From IMG/VR virus record IMGVR_UViG_3300046522_000173, positions 20,274 to 84,273 of that record: a DNA stretch of 64,000 bases; one strand, given 5' to 3'. Below the pieces are notes generated by a model. The model saw nothing but the letters and a program-made list of their open reading frames with translations, searched no databases and had not been told where the DNA came from. The first letter of the stretch is position 1. The number at the start of each line of letters is the position of its first letter. This document shows, piece by piece, positions 17,762 through 26,228 of the stretch. Origin of the DNA: a virus. Its lineage: Duplodnaviria > Heunggongvirae > Uroviricota > Caudoviricetes. The translations under genes and the position numbers were made by a program.

Positions 17762-19177
17762 CTAGACGGTGGGGATGGGGGATTTGCCGGAGAAGACTGG
17801 GAGGGAGAATTGGGGCATTCCCTGATTCTTCATTAGGTAGTTCGCGGCATCGGCAATGCAATCTACCTGATCATTTTTTTCATTACGCCCACCAGTGAAG
17901 TATTCCAACTCCATCAGCATGTTTTCAATGAATCTGTCGTCATCCTTGTCCCTAACAATCTTAACTAAGCCAGCTTCCGCCATTGCAAAGAAAGGTTGAG
18001 CACGTTGTAGCTTGCCTGCGTGTCCGCTCACTTTAATTGTCTTAACAGAGATGCCTGCCTCAGAGAGATGGCGGACAAAGAAAAGATTTGCCGCTGCCCC
18101 GCCAGCTCCAGGGTCTTTCGGGATGAGCACAGGTATGTCGAGTCCGTCATCTCGTGCTGTCTCCACAACGTCCTTGAGAACGCCGTCTGTCAGTTTCCTG
18201 TACCTGCGCATATGCTCAATGTACAAACAACCGTCATCTGCTCCACGACTCATAAGGCAACCCGCTGTATAGTCAGGGTCCCTTGCAGAACCTGCGTGAC
18301 TGGGCTCTTCGGACGCTGCAAAATCGTAAGCACGGACCTTGCCAGTTACTCGCAGTGGTGGCCTATCAACAATCTCAACCCAGGACCTTCGGAAGAAGCT
18401 TTCCCCAGCCTCACGAGCTGTCCAGGAACCATGCAAAAATCTTAACTGATTAACATATGGCTGGGACAGGAGGTTCGCCAAGTAGCTGTTGTTTCGCGGG
18501 GGGAGTAAATACGGGTTGTCCATCACTCCGGTCGGCACAAAGCGGAAGCTCTTAGGCATGAATAGTTTATCAGCAGGAAGCTTCTTAATCTCTTCCTCAC
18601 CCATGCCACGAGCGTATATCATGTTGCGTGGCTTGCCGTGCAACTCAAAACACTCTTCTGGGGAATCTGCCCACAAGACTTGGTTCTCGATAGTTACGAA
18701 CCAACGAATCCTGTTTTCAGTCCCTGGAAGGGGTACACCGTCATCCCCTAAACTGTACTCCACCCATTTCTTCAAAAAGCTATTGATGTCAGGGTTGCAC
18801 GATAAGTACATCTGTGGGTAAATCTTGCTGTGGGCCGAACGAATACGGGATAACAAAAATAGGACCTGCTTCTCTGTCCATTTATCACCTGCCTCATCGA
18901 TCAGCACGCGGGTTAATTGGGAACCCTGCCAGGAACCTAAATCATCGTCCGAGGCGATTGCTGAGAAAGCGATGCTCGCCCCGCTGGGGAAACGCCACAC
19001 CATGGCCTGTGATTTATATTCCCCACCAAACTCTTTGTACAATTGGCTCTCATCGATCAAACCACCTTGACGCTTCAATTCCGGTGCCGTTCTACGGAAG
19101 ATCGTACAGCGGAAATGCGGATCGTTAATACCGTCTAGGTTGCGAATCAAGCAAGTCGCAGATTTGCCTCCACCTGC
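17762..19177 (-). CDS. terL: terminase large subunit, exon 2
   Basis: Walker A (AGGGKSAT), Walker B (LIDEAG) and a nuclease domain. The ORF-track start (GTG at 19198) lies inside the putative intron; the true 3' exon is proposed to begin at GCA 19177. Confidence 0.8.
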   Translation of the reverse strand, partial: AGGGKSATCLIRNLDGINDPHFRCTIFRRTAPELKRQGGLIDESQLYKEFGGEYKSQAMVWRFPSGASIAFSAIASDDDLGSWQGSQLTRVLIDEAGDKWTEKQVLFLLSRIRSAHSKIYPQMYLSCNPDINSFLKKWVEYSLGDDGVPLPGTENRIRWFVTIENQVLWADSPEECFELHGKPRNMIYARGMGEEEIKKLPADKLFMPKSFRFVPTGVMDNPYLLPPRNNSYLANLLSQPYVNQLRFLHGSWTAREAGESFFRRSWVEIVDRPPLRVTGKVRAYDFAASEEPSHAGSARDPDYTAGCLMSRGADDGCLYIEHMRRYRKLTDGVLKDVVETARDDGLDIPVLIPKDPGAGGAAANLFFVRHLSEAGISVKTIKVSGHAGKLQRAQPFFAMAEAGLVKIVRDKDDDRFIENMLMELEYFTGGRNEKNDQVDCIADAANYLMKNQGMPQFSLPVFSGKSPIPTV

Positions 19178-19424
19178 CATTAGAGGCTTGTTCAGCACAG
19201 GTCGTTAGTCTGTGCCCGCTTATCAAGCTGCCCCGTATCGCTACGGGGGTCAGGCTATATCTTCCACTACAAAGTAGCTGAACCCTGTTTCCACTCACTT
19301 GAGCGTACTTCCTTTCGGAATAGCCGTCACACGTTCCCTTTCGGGCTTCGCTCGGTGTTGTCTACTAGAGATATTCACCGAATTAAGGGTTTGTTTTTAA
19401 GGCGGAGGCACAGGTATCTCAACC
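19178..19424 (-). other. putative ORF-less group I intron (about 245 nt) interrupting terL at the P-loop
   Basis: Stops in all frames. The minus strand has an R-like element GGTTCAGCTAC (plus 19274-19283) and an S-like element GAAGATATAGCCTGAC (plus 19250-19263) that can form P7 (GCTA/TAGC). Two GAAA tetraloop hairpins lie at plus 19310-19319 and 19336-19345. The 5' exon ends in U and the intron ends in G. Confidence 0.55.
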
Positions 19425-19523
19425 ACCGCCAAGCAAAATAACATCCGTAGTTTTATCTGTAAGGATAAGGCGTTGTTTCTCGCTTGCTGGCCCGTAGACC
19501 TTTTTTTGTTTCTTATCTGTCAT
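19425..19523 (-). CDS. terL: terminase large subunit, exon 1 (34-codon ORF MTDKKQKKVYGPASEKQRLILTDKTTDVILLGGG ending in TGA)
   Basis: ATGA-coupled to the upstream T5orf172 gene stop. Ends as the P-loop glycines begin; splicing to exon 2 gives LLGGAGGGKSAT. Confidence 0.55.
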
Positions 19524-20770
19524 AACTCCCCTATTAAACAGTCGAGCATCTCAATAAGGTTGTAACTCGACAGGTCAACGAAGCACTCCGTGTATCCATC
19601 GAATTTAATATCAGGGTTTCTGTACTCAGCCCTCAACATCCTCAGAAATGCACTCTCGACATAAGCACACTGCGTGCCATGCATCTTGTACTCTTTCGCC
19701 ACAACAAACTTATTGTCAGTTGTTCTGTTGATTTCCTTGGCGCGGTGTGTAGCACTTTTGTTGGTAATTCCGATTTTTGTGACGCCAGATGCCTTGAGCA
19801 CGTATAACGTCCCACCTTTACTGGTATTAAACCCTGCCTTGTTGCACAATGAACAACCCTGTCCCGTAAGGTGCTTCTCGGGTGTCTGCTTAAAACTTTT
19901 CCCGCAAACTCCACACGAGATTGAAATCTTAGTGTTTCGGTTCTTGTAATCGCTGAGCGTGTAAACATACCTTTCACCATGAATCACCTTGGCTTGGTCT
20001 ACAAACAGAGAAGCATCTAGTGTCCTTGCTCTGGCTCCTGCATCAATGGCGCATTTCCTACAACCAGACGGCGCGGCGCCATGTGCAGAGTTTACATGGT
20101 TGTCGAACGAAATTTCAAACACTCCGTGGTCGTAACACCGAACCTTTACCTTATTCTTAACACCCTTGAACTCCACAAGGCTGTAGTCGTAGCGGGTTCC
20201 GTGAACAGCTTTCATTGCAGCTACTGCCTCTTCTTGTGTGTAGCTGCAACTCCCCTTTAGAAATCTACCACTCTTAAGTGCCGCAATCCCAACATTTTTA
20301 ACAGTGCCGTCTTCAAACTCAACATCAAAACGTGAGCCAAGGTGTACTGCCTTTACTGTGGCTGCAAACCCCTCGTTGTTCTTGTAAGCTGTTCCAATTT
20401 CCACTCGTTCACACTCATCCCTGTCTGATGCTGTACCGACCAGAAGTTGCGAACTGTTTGTCCACTTTTGCTTGCCGCTGGCAGCAAACTGCACTAGAAT
20501 TCTCTTGGCGTGCACGTACTCCACAACTTTACAAATCCCTGAGTGGCTGGTTTGGAACTCTTGGCCGACTTGTATCCCATACAGCCGAATAGAGTCATCT
20601 TTAAGTATGCCACTCTTAACTTGTGAGGAATTCGTCCTCTTAACACTGGCTGTGTCTAAGAACCTTACAACGATGTTTGTACTATTGGTGTACTCAAGGA
20701 TTTCGATGTTGCCGTAATTTTGTGTTGGGAGTATATCTCCGACTCGAATTGATGGAGCGTTGATGCCCAT
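19520..20770 (-). CDS. T5orf172 (GIY-YIG superfamily-like) putative free-standing homing endonuclease, paralog of 5276..6250
   Basis: N-terminal Zn-ribbon repeats (HGTRYDYSLVEF..C..HGVFEISF..H..GAAPSGCRKC) and a C-terminal LYVLKASGVTKIGIT..R..E..FDGYTECF block, immediately upstream of terL exon 1. Confidence 0.6.
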   Translation of the reverse strand: MGINAPSIRVGDILPTQNYGNIEILEYTNSTNIVVRFLDTASVKRTNSSQVKSGILKDDSIRLYGIQVGQEFQTSHSGICKVVEYVHAKRILVQFAASGKQKWTNSSQLLVGTASDRDECERVEIGTAYKNNEGFAATVKAVHLGSRFDVEFEDGTVKNVGIAALKSGRFLKGSCSYTQEEAVAAMKAVHGTRYDYSLVEFKGVKNKVKVRCYDHGVFEISFDNHVNSAHGAAPSGCRKCAIDAGARARTLDASLFVDQAKVIHGERYVYTLSDYKNRNTKISISCGVCGKSFKQTPEKHLTGQGCSLCNKAGFNTSKGGTLYVLKASGVTKIGITNKSATHRAKEINRTTDNKFVVAKEYKMHGTQCAYVESAFLRMLRAEYRNPDIKFDGYTECFVDLSSYNLIEMLDCLIGEL

Positions 20771-21921
20771 TGACGTTCCTCTCTACTAGGTTAAATGGTG
20801 TGGCTAGGCGAAGAGTAGAGCTTCGCCAGGAGGATCAATCCGTTCGCCACGTTGAACTTATAACAAACAACAAAAAGCCTGCCAGCATCCCTGCCGACAA
20901 GCCTCATAAGAATTGGTGACGCACCAGCACTCAACCATCCGTACGTCTTAGTGACCTTAGAGCCACCCTCTCCGCTCTTGCCGCTTTCGCAGCTATTGCT
21001 CAATGGAGCTTGAGTCCCGCGAGCAAATTCTATGTACGAATGACTAGGACTATCCTAGAACTTTGGGCTTGTCACCTTGCGTCTAATTCCGCCACCATTC
21101 GTTTGTTACGAGTGTTTGTGTCAGCCCTCGTCGGCTTTTGTGACCTCGACAGTAGTGCTACAACCAGTAAGCTTGTCTTACAACCAGTGAATTCTGTTCG
21201 GCCTGGAATTCCACCAGACTCATTAGCCTCTTCTCGAAGCCTCGTCAGCAGCAACGCTAACAATCCGCAGGTAGGGGATTCTTTAAAATTCCTATTGACA
21301 GCATCTGCTGCCCTTGCTATGATTCTTCACATGAACTGCTAAGACGTACTTGGCCCTGTCTTAGAAAACTTAACCTGCAACAATAAAGGAATAGCGATTG
21401 TTTGCCGGGGGAATTTCTTTGAGAGAAACTTCTGCCTAATGAAGAACAGTTCTGCCAGAGGCCGCCGAAAAGCGGCTTTTGTGCTGGTGCTCTCTGTTGG
21501 ATTTTAACCAACGCGGGATTTCTCCTCCGGGTTACAAAGCCGGTGCAATCGGACGGACTATGCGAAGAGAGCAGATACCCAAACCGTGCAAACAATGCAG
21601 AGGGTTTGGGCGTATGTTTTCAAGGCGGCTCAACTCGTACAAGCGTCAGAGAGGAGGGGCAATGGCCCTGTAGAGGAACCGCCTTGAAAACAGCCTCGTA
21701 AGAAGCTGTGTGCCAATTTTTGGACAGGCGTGGCTTGCCTGAAAGTTGGTGCAGGAGAATCCCCGCTAGAGCTATGTCGTAGTCTTCTTATAGCGGAAAA
21801 TTCAGGTAGGTCTCATGGACCCTGCTCTCCCGTCACTCTCCCTTCCCACAACACCGCAGTCTTCTGCGCACTACCAACAAAAGAATTGTAGCAGAACTTG
21901 TGCTTCTTGTCAACTCTTACG
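20771..21921 (-). other. 1.15-kb ORF-poor structured region (candidate leader, ncRNA or packaging-site region)
   Basis: Only short low-complexity ORFs. Contains a 13-bp long-range inverted repeat GTTTTCAAGGCGG/CCGCCTTGAAAAC (21616-21628 and 21679-21691), a 9-bp stem ACCCAAACC/GGTTTGGGT, tandem 10-bp direct repeats TACAACCAGT at 21159-21168 and 21179-21188, and a plus-strand terminator-like hairpin GCCGC-cgaaaa-GCGGC-TTTT at about 21461-21480. Confidence 0.4.
21884..21912 (-). promoter_or_regulatory. consensus sigma70 promoter cgtaagag-TTGACA-N17-TACAAT firing into the ORF-poor region and the endonuclease/terL genes
   Basis: -35 TTGACA and -10 TACAAT with a 17-nt spacer on the minus strand, directly after the terS-like stop codon. 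Confidence 0.55.
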
Positions 21922-22290
21922 TCAAATCTTGTTCACGTCGCCCAAGTCGATTACCTCAGCGTCTTTAAAATCGGGGTGGATATCGTCAAAGTTCAGCATA
22001 GGAGTGTTATCATCCTCAGCCGTACTCCCATGCCCGATCATACCTGACGACTTCACGTCCAAAAGTAAACGTGCCAACTCATCCTGATTGACTTCCTTAC
22101 TAGAGTCGAGATAGTACTTTAGCAACTTCTCAGCAGCCATCATACGAATCTTCTCATCTTCGCTGTCAAGACCCCTCTCCAACGTCTCGATAGCCTTCTT
22201 ACTCAGCTTCTTCAGATCACGTACGAGCTTGGCTAACTCATGTGTCTTCTTAAAAATTGGCTTGGGTGTTGCGCTCACCAAGTCTGTCAT
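21922..22290 (-). CDS. terminase small subunit-like HTH protein (ORF track 21922..22332; likely start MTDLVS.. at about 22290 behind AAGGAG)
   Basis: N-terminal HTH-like segment (LAKLVRDLKKLSKKAIETLERGLDSEDEKIRMMAAEKLL) resembling terminase small subunit DNA-binding domains; first gene of the minus-strand late transcription unit. Confidence 0.35.
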   Translation of the reverse strand: MTDLVSATPKPIFKKTHELAKLVRDLKKLSKKAIETLERGLDSEDEKIRMMAAEKLLKYYLDSSKEVNQDELARLLLDVKSSGMIGHGSTAEDDNTPMLNFDDIHPDFKDAEVIDLGDVNKI

Positions 22291-22322
22291 GTTACGCTCC
22301 TTAAAAATTCTTAACTGACCGA

Positions 22323-22351
22323 AGTGTAACATTGTGCACCCATCTTGTCAA
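22323..22351 (-). promoter_or_regulatory. sigma70-type promoter cgtaagaa-TTGACA-N17-TACACT for the terS-like gene
   Basis: Minus-strand hexamers with a 17-nt spacer; overlaps the divergent plus-strand promoter. Confidence 0.45.
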
Positions 22352-22379
22352 TTCTTACGAATTTTGTGCAATTTAGTGC

Positions 22380-22408
22380 TTGACAGAATACTTTCCGTAC
22401 CCTAAGAT
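22380..22408 (+). promoter_or_regulatory. sigma70-type early promoter TTGACA-N17-TAAGAT
   Basis: Located upstream of the first plus-strand gene; CTTACGAATTTTGTGC element upstream. Confidence 0.55.
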
Positions 22409-22437
22409 GCACTCACACAACAACTTTCCAAGGAGGA

Positions 22438-22638
22438 ATGATGAAGCTTTACCTAGTAGTGTCAATCTCACCCAGTGGTGCGAAAGGGCTTGTGGGCCAT
22501 TACCCATACGAGGACAGTCCTGAGTGGCGTTCTGAAGTGTACGATACGGAGGAGGATGCCATTATACAAGCCGAGTTTATGTCACATAAATTCTCTGCTC
22601 GTGACATGCGTTACGAAGTGCGTGAGATTGAAATTTAA
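22438..22638 (+). CDS. hypothetical protein (66 aa)
   Basis: Strong RBS AAGGAGG 6 nt before ATG. Confidence 0.5.
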   Translation: MMKLYLVVSISPSGAKGLVGHYPYEDSPEWRSEVYDTEEDAIIQAEFMSHKFSARDMRYEVREIEI

Positions 22639-22648
22639 GGAGAAGCCC

Positions 22649-22822
22649 ATGCTACAAAACGTCAAAATGTACTTCCGCGATGCCGGGAAGCTCGCCTGCA
22701 TCAGCATTGACAGTGCAGACACCTACCGCGATGCCATCTGGGCCGTCCGCAACCGAGTGCTTCTAGAGGAGAACCCGTGGTTTGAAGTGAAAGCCCCTGT
22801 CATGGCGATTGTACAAAAATGA
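22649..22822 (+). CDS. hypothetical protein (57 aa; internal start of ORF 22475..22822)
   Basis: ATG preceded by AAGGAGAAG; the longer ORF would overlap the previous gene. Confidence 0.4.
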   Translation: MLQNVKMYFRDAGKLACISIDSADTYRDAIWAVRNRVLLEENPWFEVKAPVMAIVQK

Positions 22823-22995
22823 AAGAACTTATGAACATCATCGAAGACTACGAACGCCAGGAACGCAACTTGGCAGACATGGACGACAGCCGCTTTGCAG
22901 AAATCTACCTGGAGGACATCACGCCGGCCCGTAAAGAGAACAAGCAGAAGATTCGTAAAATGAAGAAGGAGAGCAAATATGACCGAAATTATTGA
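22819..22995 (+). CDS. hypothetical protein (58 aa, MKELMNIIEDYERQERNLADMDDSRF..)
   Basis: ATGA overlap with the previous stop; open frame to TGA at 22993; not in the ORF track (under 60 aa). Confidence 0.4.
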   Translation: MKELMNIIEDYERQERNLADMDDSRFAEIYLEDITPARKENKQKIRKMKKESKYDRNY

Positions 22996-23332
22996 ACAAC
23001 ACACCGAAACCCGCAACGAAGAAACCAAGATTCTTCGCACGCCTAACTTTTACACTGTTGTTCTTGAAATCGAACGACACGTGCTCCTTGGATGGCAAGT
23101 TGAAAAAATTATCACTCCCCCAAACTTTGATTTCTTCTTGTACGAGGTGTGCTTTGTCAAGAATGCCCACACACTAGCTAACGTCAAGGCTAGTGCAGAC
23201 GCTGCTAACGAAGGCAAGGAAGTGATTACGAAGGAGAAGCGCCAGGAGAATATGGCTAAGGCCCGTAACACTCGTATGGCTAAGATTGCTGCTGAAAGGC
23301 TGGCTGCGGAGGGTGGTGGAGATGAAAGTTAA
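22979..23332 (+). CDS. hypothetical protein (117 aa)
   Basis: ORF track entry; tight gene packing. Confidence 0.5.
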   Translation: MTEIIEQHTETRNEETKILRTPNFYTVVLEIERHVLLGWQVEKIITPPNFDFFLYEVCFVKNAHTLANVKASADAANEGKEVITKEKRQENMAKARNTRMAKIAAERLAAEGGGDES

Positions 23333-23543
23333 GTTTGCCAACACTGACGTAGACCTCTGGAGACTTCGTGTAGGTGAAGTTGTCGTGCTTATGTACGATG
23401 ACGGTGTGATGGACCCTCTGCACATCAAAAGCTTCCACAACCGTAGCATTCTTAACAAGCACGAAATGACGATTATCGCTGGTGACGAGGAAGGAGATTA
23501 CGAGTTTAAGCCAGAATGGCTTACTTGGGTTGGTAGCCACTAA
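23322..23543 (+). CDS. hypothetical protein (73 aa; ATG inside ORF 23286..23543)
   Basis: GGAGGG 9 nt upstream of ATG. Confidence 0.45.
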   Translation: MKVKFANTDVDLWRLRVGEVVVLMYDDGVMDPLHIKSFHNRSILNKHEMTIIAGDEEGDYEFKPEWLTWVGSH

Positions 23544-23545
23544 CA

Positions 23546-23574
23546 TTGACAGAATGCATCTCAGATGCTACATT
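23546..23574 (+). promoter_or_regulatory. sigma70-type promoter TTGACA-N17-TACATT with palindrome GCATCtcaGATGC in the spacer
   Basis: Hexamers plus a possible operator palindrome, upstream of the PhoH-like gene. Confidence 0.45.
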
Positions 23575-23631
23575 GGGGTGTCTAGCTTTAACCTGCAAGG
23601 CATTCCATTAACATTTTTACGAGGATTCTTA

Positions 23632-24417
23632 ATGTCCAATAAGGCCCGTCGCCATGAACGTCTCTCCCGCAGGAAGCGAGCAGAGGAACCTGTTGCAGAA
23701 TTACCAACAGAAAGTATTGTACAGCCTACACAAACCCGTCTTATGAAGCTTGAGCCTGCGAATCCTCGGCAAAAGCAGCTTCTAGCAATGTTACGAGAGG
23801 GACGTGCTGCCTTGTTTGCACAAGGATCGTCTGGGACCGGGAAAAGTTTGATTGCTGCCTACCGGGCGGCAGAACTCCTACGCGAGAAGAAGATTGAGAA
23901 AGTTTACCTCGTGCGTGCGAACGTTTCTACGGGTAAATCATCAGGTAGTCTGCCTGGAACGTTAGAGGAAAAGCTTATGCCGCTATTCAAGCAGACGCTG
24001 ACGCATCTCGGTAAGTTCATGGGGCAAGGGTTCCTCACCTACTGCATGAACAACAAGGTTATTGAGTTCCAGAGCGTCGAGTACATCCGTGGTATGAGTA
24101 TCGAGAATGCATTCGTCATTATTGAAGAGTCGCAGAACCTGCTCGCACACGAGCTAGAGGCAATTCTCACACGGATTGGAGAAGGCTCACAGTTCGTATT
24201 TACCGGCGACCAGAAGCAAAATGACCTTCGGGGTAACAGTGGGCTCGTGCAAACCATCGGCCTCATTGAACGGATGCTGGACGAGCAACCAGACTACCTC
24301 GCTGACGACGATATCGATTGCTTGGAACAGAACGTTGGTGTCGTAACGTTCTTGCCTACAGATGTTGTCCGGTCAGGCCTGTGCCGCGCGTTCGTGAAAA
24401 TGTACTATCATAATTAA
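23632..24417 (+). CDS. PhoH-like ATPase
   Basis: Walker A (GSSGTGKS), a PhoH-family conserved block (IIEESQN) and a GDQKQNDL block; RBS GAGGA. Confidence 0.75.
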   Translation: MSNKARRHERLSRRKRAEEPVAELPTESIVQPTQTRLMKLEPANPRQKQLLAMLREGRAALFAQGSSGTGKSLIAAYRAAELLREKKIEKVYLVRANVSTGKSSGSLPGTLEEKLMPLFKQTLTHLGKFMGQGFLTYCMNNKVIEFQSVEYIRGMSIENAFVIIEESQNLLAHELEAILTRIGEGSQFVFTGDQKQNDLRGNSGLVQTIGLIERMLDEQPDYLADDDIDCLEQNVGVVTFLPTDVVRSGLCRAFVKMYYHN

Positions 24418-24427
24418 GGAGAAACCG

Positions 24428-25081
24428 ATGTCAGACATTCTTAAACTTCTCAAACGAGAAATCGAGCCATTCAAAGTGGTGGCAGCACCTCTAAACCAAG
24501 TGTACCAAGTGACGATTGATGATGGCTTTGAAGACGTTGCACAGTTCGCAGAACTAGTTGACTATCTCAACAATGCCGTAGAGGGCGACATCGCACACAT
24601 CAAGATTTCTACCCCTGGCGGTGCACTGCATAGCATCATTCCTCTGATTGAGGCCATGCGCAACACTGATGCTCACATTGCAATGCACGTGGAGTCAGAC
24701 ACTGCTAGCGCCGGAACGATTCTCATGATGCTTGCTGATGAGGTGTATATTAACCCGTACACTTCCATCATGATCCACTCGGCATCCTATGGCTACTACA
24801 ACCACTCTGGCAATATGGAAGCACATGTGAACCACAGCACTGTTGCGATTAAGAAGCTTATTGGGGAGATTTATAGTGGCTTCTTAACCCCAGACGAAAT
24901 CTTGCGCGTCCAAGACGGCCTAGAAGTGTACCTCACTGACGAAGACTGCTACGACCGCTTCAAGCGCCGTAACGACATCCGTATGAAGCAAATCGCAGAC
25001 GCCAACAAGCCTCCCAAGAAACCCCGCAAGACTGCTAAGAAGCTGCCCGTAGAAGCTCCTACCGAAGACATGCCGCTGTAA
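24428..25081 (+). CDS. ClpP-like (S14 family) serine protease homolog encoded in the early region
   Basis: ClpP-like core (ISTPGGALHSIIPLIEAMRN, TASAGTILMMLADEVYINPYTSIMIHSASYG) and a basic C-terminal tail; distinct from the S49 prohead protease. Confidence 0.55.
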   Translation: MSDILKLLKREIEPFKVVAAPLNQVYQVTIDDGFEDVAQFAELVDYLNNAVEGDIAHIKISTPGGALHSIIPLIEAMRNTDAHIAMHVESDTASAGTILMMLADEVYINPYTSIMIHSASYGYYNHSGNMEAHVNHSTVAIKKLIGEIYSGFLTPDEILRVQDGLEVYLTDEDCYDRFKRRNDIRMKQIADANKPPKKPRKTAKKLPVEAPTEDMPL

Positions 25082-25127
25082 GAATCGCCCTGGCTTCGGC
25101 TGGGGCATTTTTATTTGTAGAAAGCGC

Positions 25128-25451
25128 TTGCATTCTTACGGGACATGTCCTATGATGAACTCACTAACCCCTCAGGAGACTAACATGACGCACCACAGTG
25201 CTACCACCTTTCAAGCCACTCGCTTCAACCCCAATCGTGAATTCTGTGGAGGCGAACCTGCTTCCGAGATGCACCGTCAACGCCAATTTGAAATCTGCCG
25301 AGCAATCGACCTCATCAGCCTGGGCAACGTACTAGAAGCAATGGTGGAGAAGGGCCACATGAAGGAAAGCCAAGCAAGGCTGTTCAAAGCGCAAGCAGCA
25401 ATCTTGCAAGCGCATTTGCTCACTGAGAATAACAGGTCGTTGAACTTTTAA
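25128..25451 (+). CDS. hypothetical protein (possible start MTHHSATTF at about 25186 behind AGGAG)
   Basis: ORF track entry. Confidence 0.45.
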   Translation: MHSYGTCPMMNSLTPQETNMTHHSATTFQATRFNPNREFCGGEPASEMHRQRQFEICRAIDLISLGNVLEAMVEKGHMKESQARLFKAQAAILQAHLLTENNRSLNF

Positions 25452-25461
25452 AGGAAACCAA

Positions 25462-25746
25462 ATGGAAGAGTATAAAATTTCAGATGTGCTCGCTGATGCA
25501 ACTCACCCTGCACACGAAGCAACAACAAAGATGATGGATGATCTACGCTCAGGTAAGATTAGTATGTGCGCTTGTATGGGTCCAGGTTACGGCGAGCCTT
25601 ACTGTCCTTGTGAAATGAGCCGAAGAGGTCTTGACGAGCAGATGAAGAATAACCCGCTTCGCATCGAGGCGAATAAGCGCTCGGCGGAAATGTGGAAGAA
25701 GTTTATGGACGAAGGTGGATTTGGTCAATTCGAGAGTGAAGAATGA
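25462..25746 (+). CDS. hypothetical Cys-rich protein (CACMGPGYGEPYCPCE)
   Basis: Good RBS; possible metal-binding motif. Confidence 0.5.
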   Translation: MEEYKISDVLADATHPAHEATTKMMDDLRSGKISMCACMGPGYGEPYCPCEMSRRGLDEQMKNNPLRIEANKRSAEMWKKFMDEGGFGQFESEE

Positions 25747-25829
25747 AAGACGCTTTCTACGGAGCTGTGCTCATGATTGTTATGCTGCTTGTTAAAGTTG
25801 GATTGATTGAAGATATGGGAGAAGAATGA
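25743..25829 (+). CDS. small hydrophobic peptide (28 aa)
   Basis: ATGA-coupled; under 60 aa so absent from the ORF track. Confidence 0.3.
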   Translation: MKDAFYGAVLMIVMLLVKVGLIEDMGEE

Positions 25830-26005
25830 TGATTTTTACTTGTATGGTCGCCACCATGGCGGCGCTGGGATTTCTACTAACACTTCTTGGTATTTGTGGA
25901 GAGGGAGATATTGGAGAAAAGACTGCTACAAAATGCTTTGAGGTGGGAGTTGCTATGCTGGTGGTGAGTTTCTTATCCTCTTTCGCTATATACGTGAGGG
26001 GATAA
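25826..26005 (+). CDS. small membrane protein (59 aa, 2 predicted TM segments)
   Basis: ATGA-coupled; translation hydrophobic. Confidence 0.4.
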   Translation: MMIFTCMVATMAALGFLLTLLGICGEGDIGEKTATKCFEVGVAMLVVSFLSSFAIYVRG

Positions 26006-26007
26006 CC

Positions 26008-26166
26008 ATGCTAGAACTTACATGTTGGATATTGTGCGGATTCGGCTTGTTTGAAATTATGTGCGGGCTTGCAAATGACAACGATTGGTCGTTCGTCAAA
26101 GGCTTCTGCCTCGTGTTCGCAGGACTGATGTTTGGGATTGCACTGAAATGCATGGCTACTTTATAG
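26008..26166 (+). CDS. small membrane protein (52 aa)
   Basis: Hydrophobic translation (MLELTCWILCGFGLFEIMCGLANDNDWSFVKGFCLVFAGLMFGIALKCMATL). Confidence 0.4.
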   Translation: MLELTCWILCGFGLFEIMCGLANDNDWSFVKGFCLVFAGLMFGIALKCMATL

Positions 26167-26228
26167 CATTCTTACTAGGCTACACACTTGGTAAAATTTT
26201 AATTTGTATTTATTGTTAAGGAGAGAAC

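Noticed and set aside
17762-19198. ORF-track terL start at GTG 19198 giving an N-terminus MLNKPLMAGGGKS
   Set aside because: A Walker A motif 7 residues from the start is implausible. An upstream 34-codon ORF encodes a typical TerL N-terminus, and the intervening DNA has group I intron core elements, so the GTG start is treated as intron sequence.
19178-19424. Translational bypass (T4 gene 60-like hop) between GGT take-off and GGT landing codons to join the two terL ORFs
   Set aside because: The gap is about 5 times longer than known bypass elements, whereas conserved group I intron R/S elements and GNRA hairpins are present; an intron is more parsimonious.
20791-21003. 70-aa minus-strand ORF immediately upstream of the T5orf172 gene as a possible terminase small subunit
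   Set aside because: No HTH or oligomerisation features and a Gly/Ser-rich low-complexity N-terminus. The HTH protein 21922..22290 is a better terS candidate.
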